NCBI GenBank assembly: GCA_951406725.2
Contig: OX597820.1
Location: forward strand, 25,296,001-25,360,000
Reading direction: 5' to 3'
Length of the DNA: 64,000 nt
Source of the DNA: Octopus vulgaris
Taxonomy: Eukaryota
Below are positions 62,295 to 64,000 of this stretch, piece after piece; position 1 is the first letter of the stretch; each line of letters starts with the position of its first letter. Both the position numbers and the translations under genes were made by a program. The notes below the pieces were generated by a model. It did no database searches and had not been told where the DNA came from. It saw nothing but the letters and a program-made list of their open reading frames with translations.

Positions 62295-62699
62295 ATGCTT
62301 CAACACACGAACTCACATAACAAATCTTGCAAACCAAATCCCAAAACGAAATATTGATTTAAGAAATTCCAGAAAGTGATGGGGTAATTTTTCTCAACAT
62401 AACGCACATTAAGCGTAGGCTTAAACACATAGTTCTGGGTTCAGTCCCAGTGCATGTCTTCTACTATAGCCTTGGGCCAACAAAAGACTCATAAGTGGAT
62501 TTGGCAGATGGAAACTGTATGTATATATATATATATATGTGTGTGTATGTGTGCATCATGTATCCCATAAAGAAGCACACTAATGGTGAAGGACATATAC
62601 CTCTTCAAACTGGAGGTAGAAATCCATTATCATCCAATTAGTAAACAAAGACTACAGATCCAATTAGTAAACAATGAATAAACCTTGTGGGTTGGCGAG

Positions 62700-63150
62700 G
62701 GCGAGTTATTTCCCTTAGACCAGTTTAGTTGGCAATCGATATTGGCTAAGTGGCTAATGGGGAACTTCTGTCCATAAGTTGCTTCCAGCCCATAAGGACT
62801 TTTTCCTGTTCTAAATAGATGAATGGGGTATTTTATGCTTGCAGTAGGTAGTGTTTGAGATGAGGGCAGAGGCTATAAATCTTGTGTCAGGAATTTAATA
62901 GTAATTTTGGATATTGGGAGTCTTTGAGGATATTTGCTCGCTCTGCTATGCAAAGCTTAGAGTGTCTGCTCCTGTTGATTTTAGGAGCCTAGCCACTCTA
63001 TGATCCTCCACTTAATATCATATGGAGTTCCTTCATCTTTAAGGTGCCACACGTGGTTTGCCAAGGATGTGACAGATCATTTTCCATAATCCTGAAAGAG
63101 GACCTGTGGTTGTACTGGCAGTTCCAGTTGACCCAATATATCTCCTGATT
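62700..63150 (-). mobile_element. Penelope-like element 3' end: GIY-YIG endonuclease relic (Naiad-like)
   Basis: Frameshifted RYIGSTG / YNHRSSFR / TSLANHVWHLKDEGTPYDIKWRII / KLCIAERANIL...LLNS*..YSLCPH. Confidence 0.75.
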
Positions 63151-63159
63151 TGAGCACTT

Positions 63160-63389
63160 ATTTCTTTATTGCCCACAAGGGGCTAAACGTAGAGGGGACA
63201 AACAAGGACAGACAAAGGGATTAAGTCGATTACATCGACCCCAGTGCGTAACTGGTACTTAATTTATCGACCCCAAAAGGATGAAAGGCAAAGTCAACCT
63301 CGGCGGAATTTGAACTCAGAACGTAACGGCAGACGAAATACGGCTACGCATTTCGCCCGGAGTGTTAATGATTCTGCCAGCTCGACGCC
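63160..63389 (-). mobile_element. tRNA-derived SINE (family B), young
   Basis: GGCGTCGAGCTGGCAGAATC...GAGTTCAAATTCCGCC head with CpGs intact. Confidence 0.82.
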
Positions 63390-63724
63390 TTTTTTGAGCA
63401 CTGCTTGTGTTCACACCTCTAGTGCCTCTTCCATTGGCACTGGGCCTGGATTTGCTGTTGTTGTTTTTGGAGCCGTTATCGGTGCTGTTATTATGGAGCA
63501 TGGGTCTGGTGATATTGCTGTGACTGTTGTTGCGGTAATCATCCCTTACCGTAATGCTGGTGTTACTGCTGCTGTTGTCGATGGTGCTGTGGCTGCTGTT
63601 CTTGGTGATACTGGGTGTGGGACTGGTGATGCTGGTGTTGCTATGGTCATCTTATCCAGCTGTAGCGCTGGTGTTGGAATCATTGGCATCAGCTGCCATT
63701 GTCACTTCTTGCTGTCAATGTTAT

Positions 63725-64000
63725 AATATAATAATGAAATTATTGTATACAGTGCTCAGGTGCACCACAACTTGTCAGAAAGTGCGTATAAAGTCTGGAA
63801 AGTGAACTATGTATGAGTCAGATACATGCTTGCGTGTGTATGGAAGGGAGAAAATCAGGTGTAGTATTGGCGAATATCAGAAAGCATGGAAGTTTTGAAG
63901 GATGAAGTGCTCCGACAACTAACAACTGATGCCGGCAGTTTGTTCCATGCTTCAGCAACTCTCAGCGTGAAAAAATGTTTCCTAAAGTCATGTGCTGTTT
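63725..64000 (-). mobile_element. CR1-clade LINE 3' end
   Basis: HDFRKHFFTLRVAEAWNKLPASVVSCRSTSSFK, a typical CR1 ORF2 C-terminus. Confidence 0.85.

Noticed and set aside
63244-63805. Hydrophobic 160-aa and 83-aa ORFs resembling membrane proteins
   Set aside because: The first begins inside a SINE, and the rest is the antisense of a low-complexity (A/C)-rich tract, probably part of the adjacent retroelement.

Overview
AT-rich, microsatellite- and transposon-dense animal genomic DNA. The SINE/LINE repertoire resembles a coleoid cephalopod (Octopus-like), which is an inference. One protein-coding gene is supported: a minus-strand FAAH1-like fatty acid amide hydrolase (amidase signature family). 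I reconstructed 12 GT-AG coding exons between 23232 and 62 (435 codons, Lys-Ser-Ser triad intact); the 3' end lies beyond position 1. Upstream is a ~10.1 kb, 18-bp tandem array (32669-42806), and an intronic 18-bp minisatellite lies at 11462-12100. The rest is mobile DNA: tRNA-like SINEs, RTE, R4/Dong, Tx1 and CR1 LINE relics, a Merlin (IS1595-like) transposase relic, a DD37D Tc1/mariner relic, Helitron/HINE elements, foldback MITEs and Penelope-like fragments. The most interesting signals are several minimal type I hammerhead-ribozyme motifs (one sense to the FAAH pre-mRNA), the apparent origin of the 18-bp arrays from a SINE 5' end, and a candidate transposon-borne poison exon. Most ORFs in the track are repeat artefacts. 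There is no CRISPR, rRNA or true tRNA gene.
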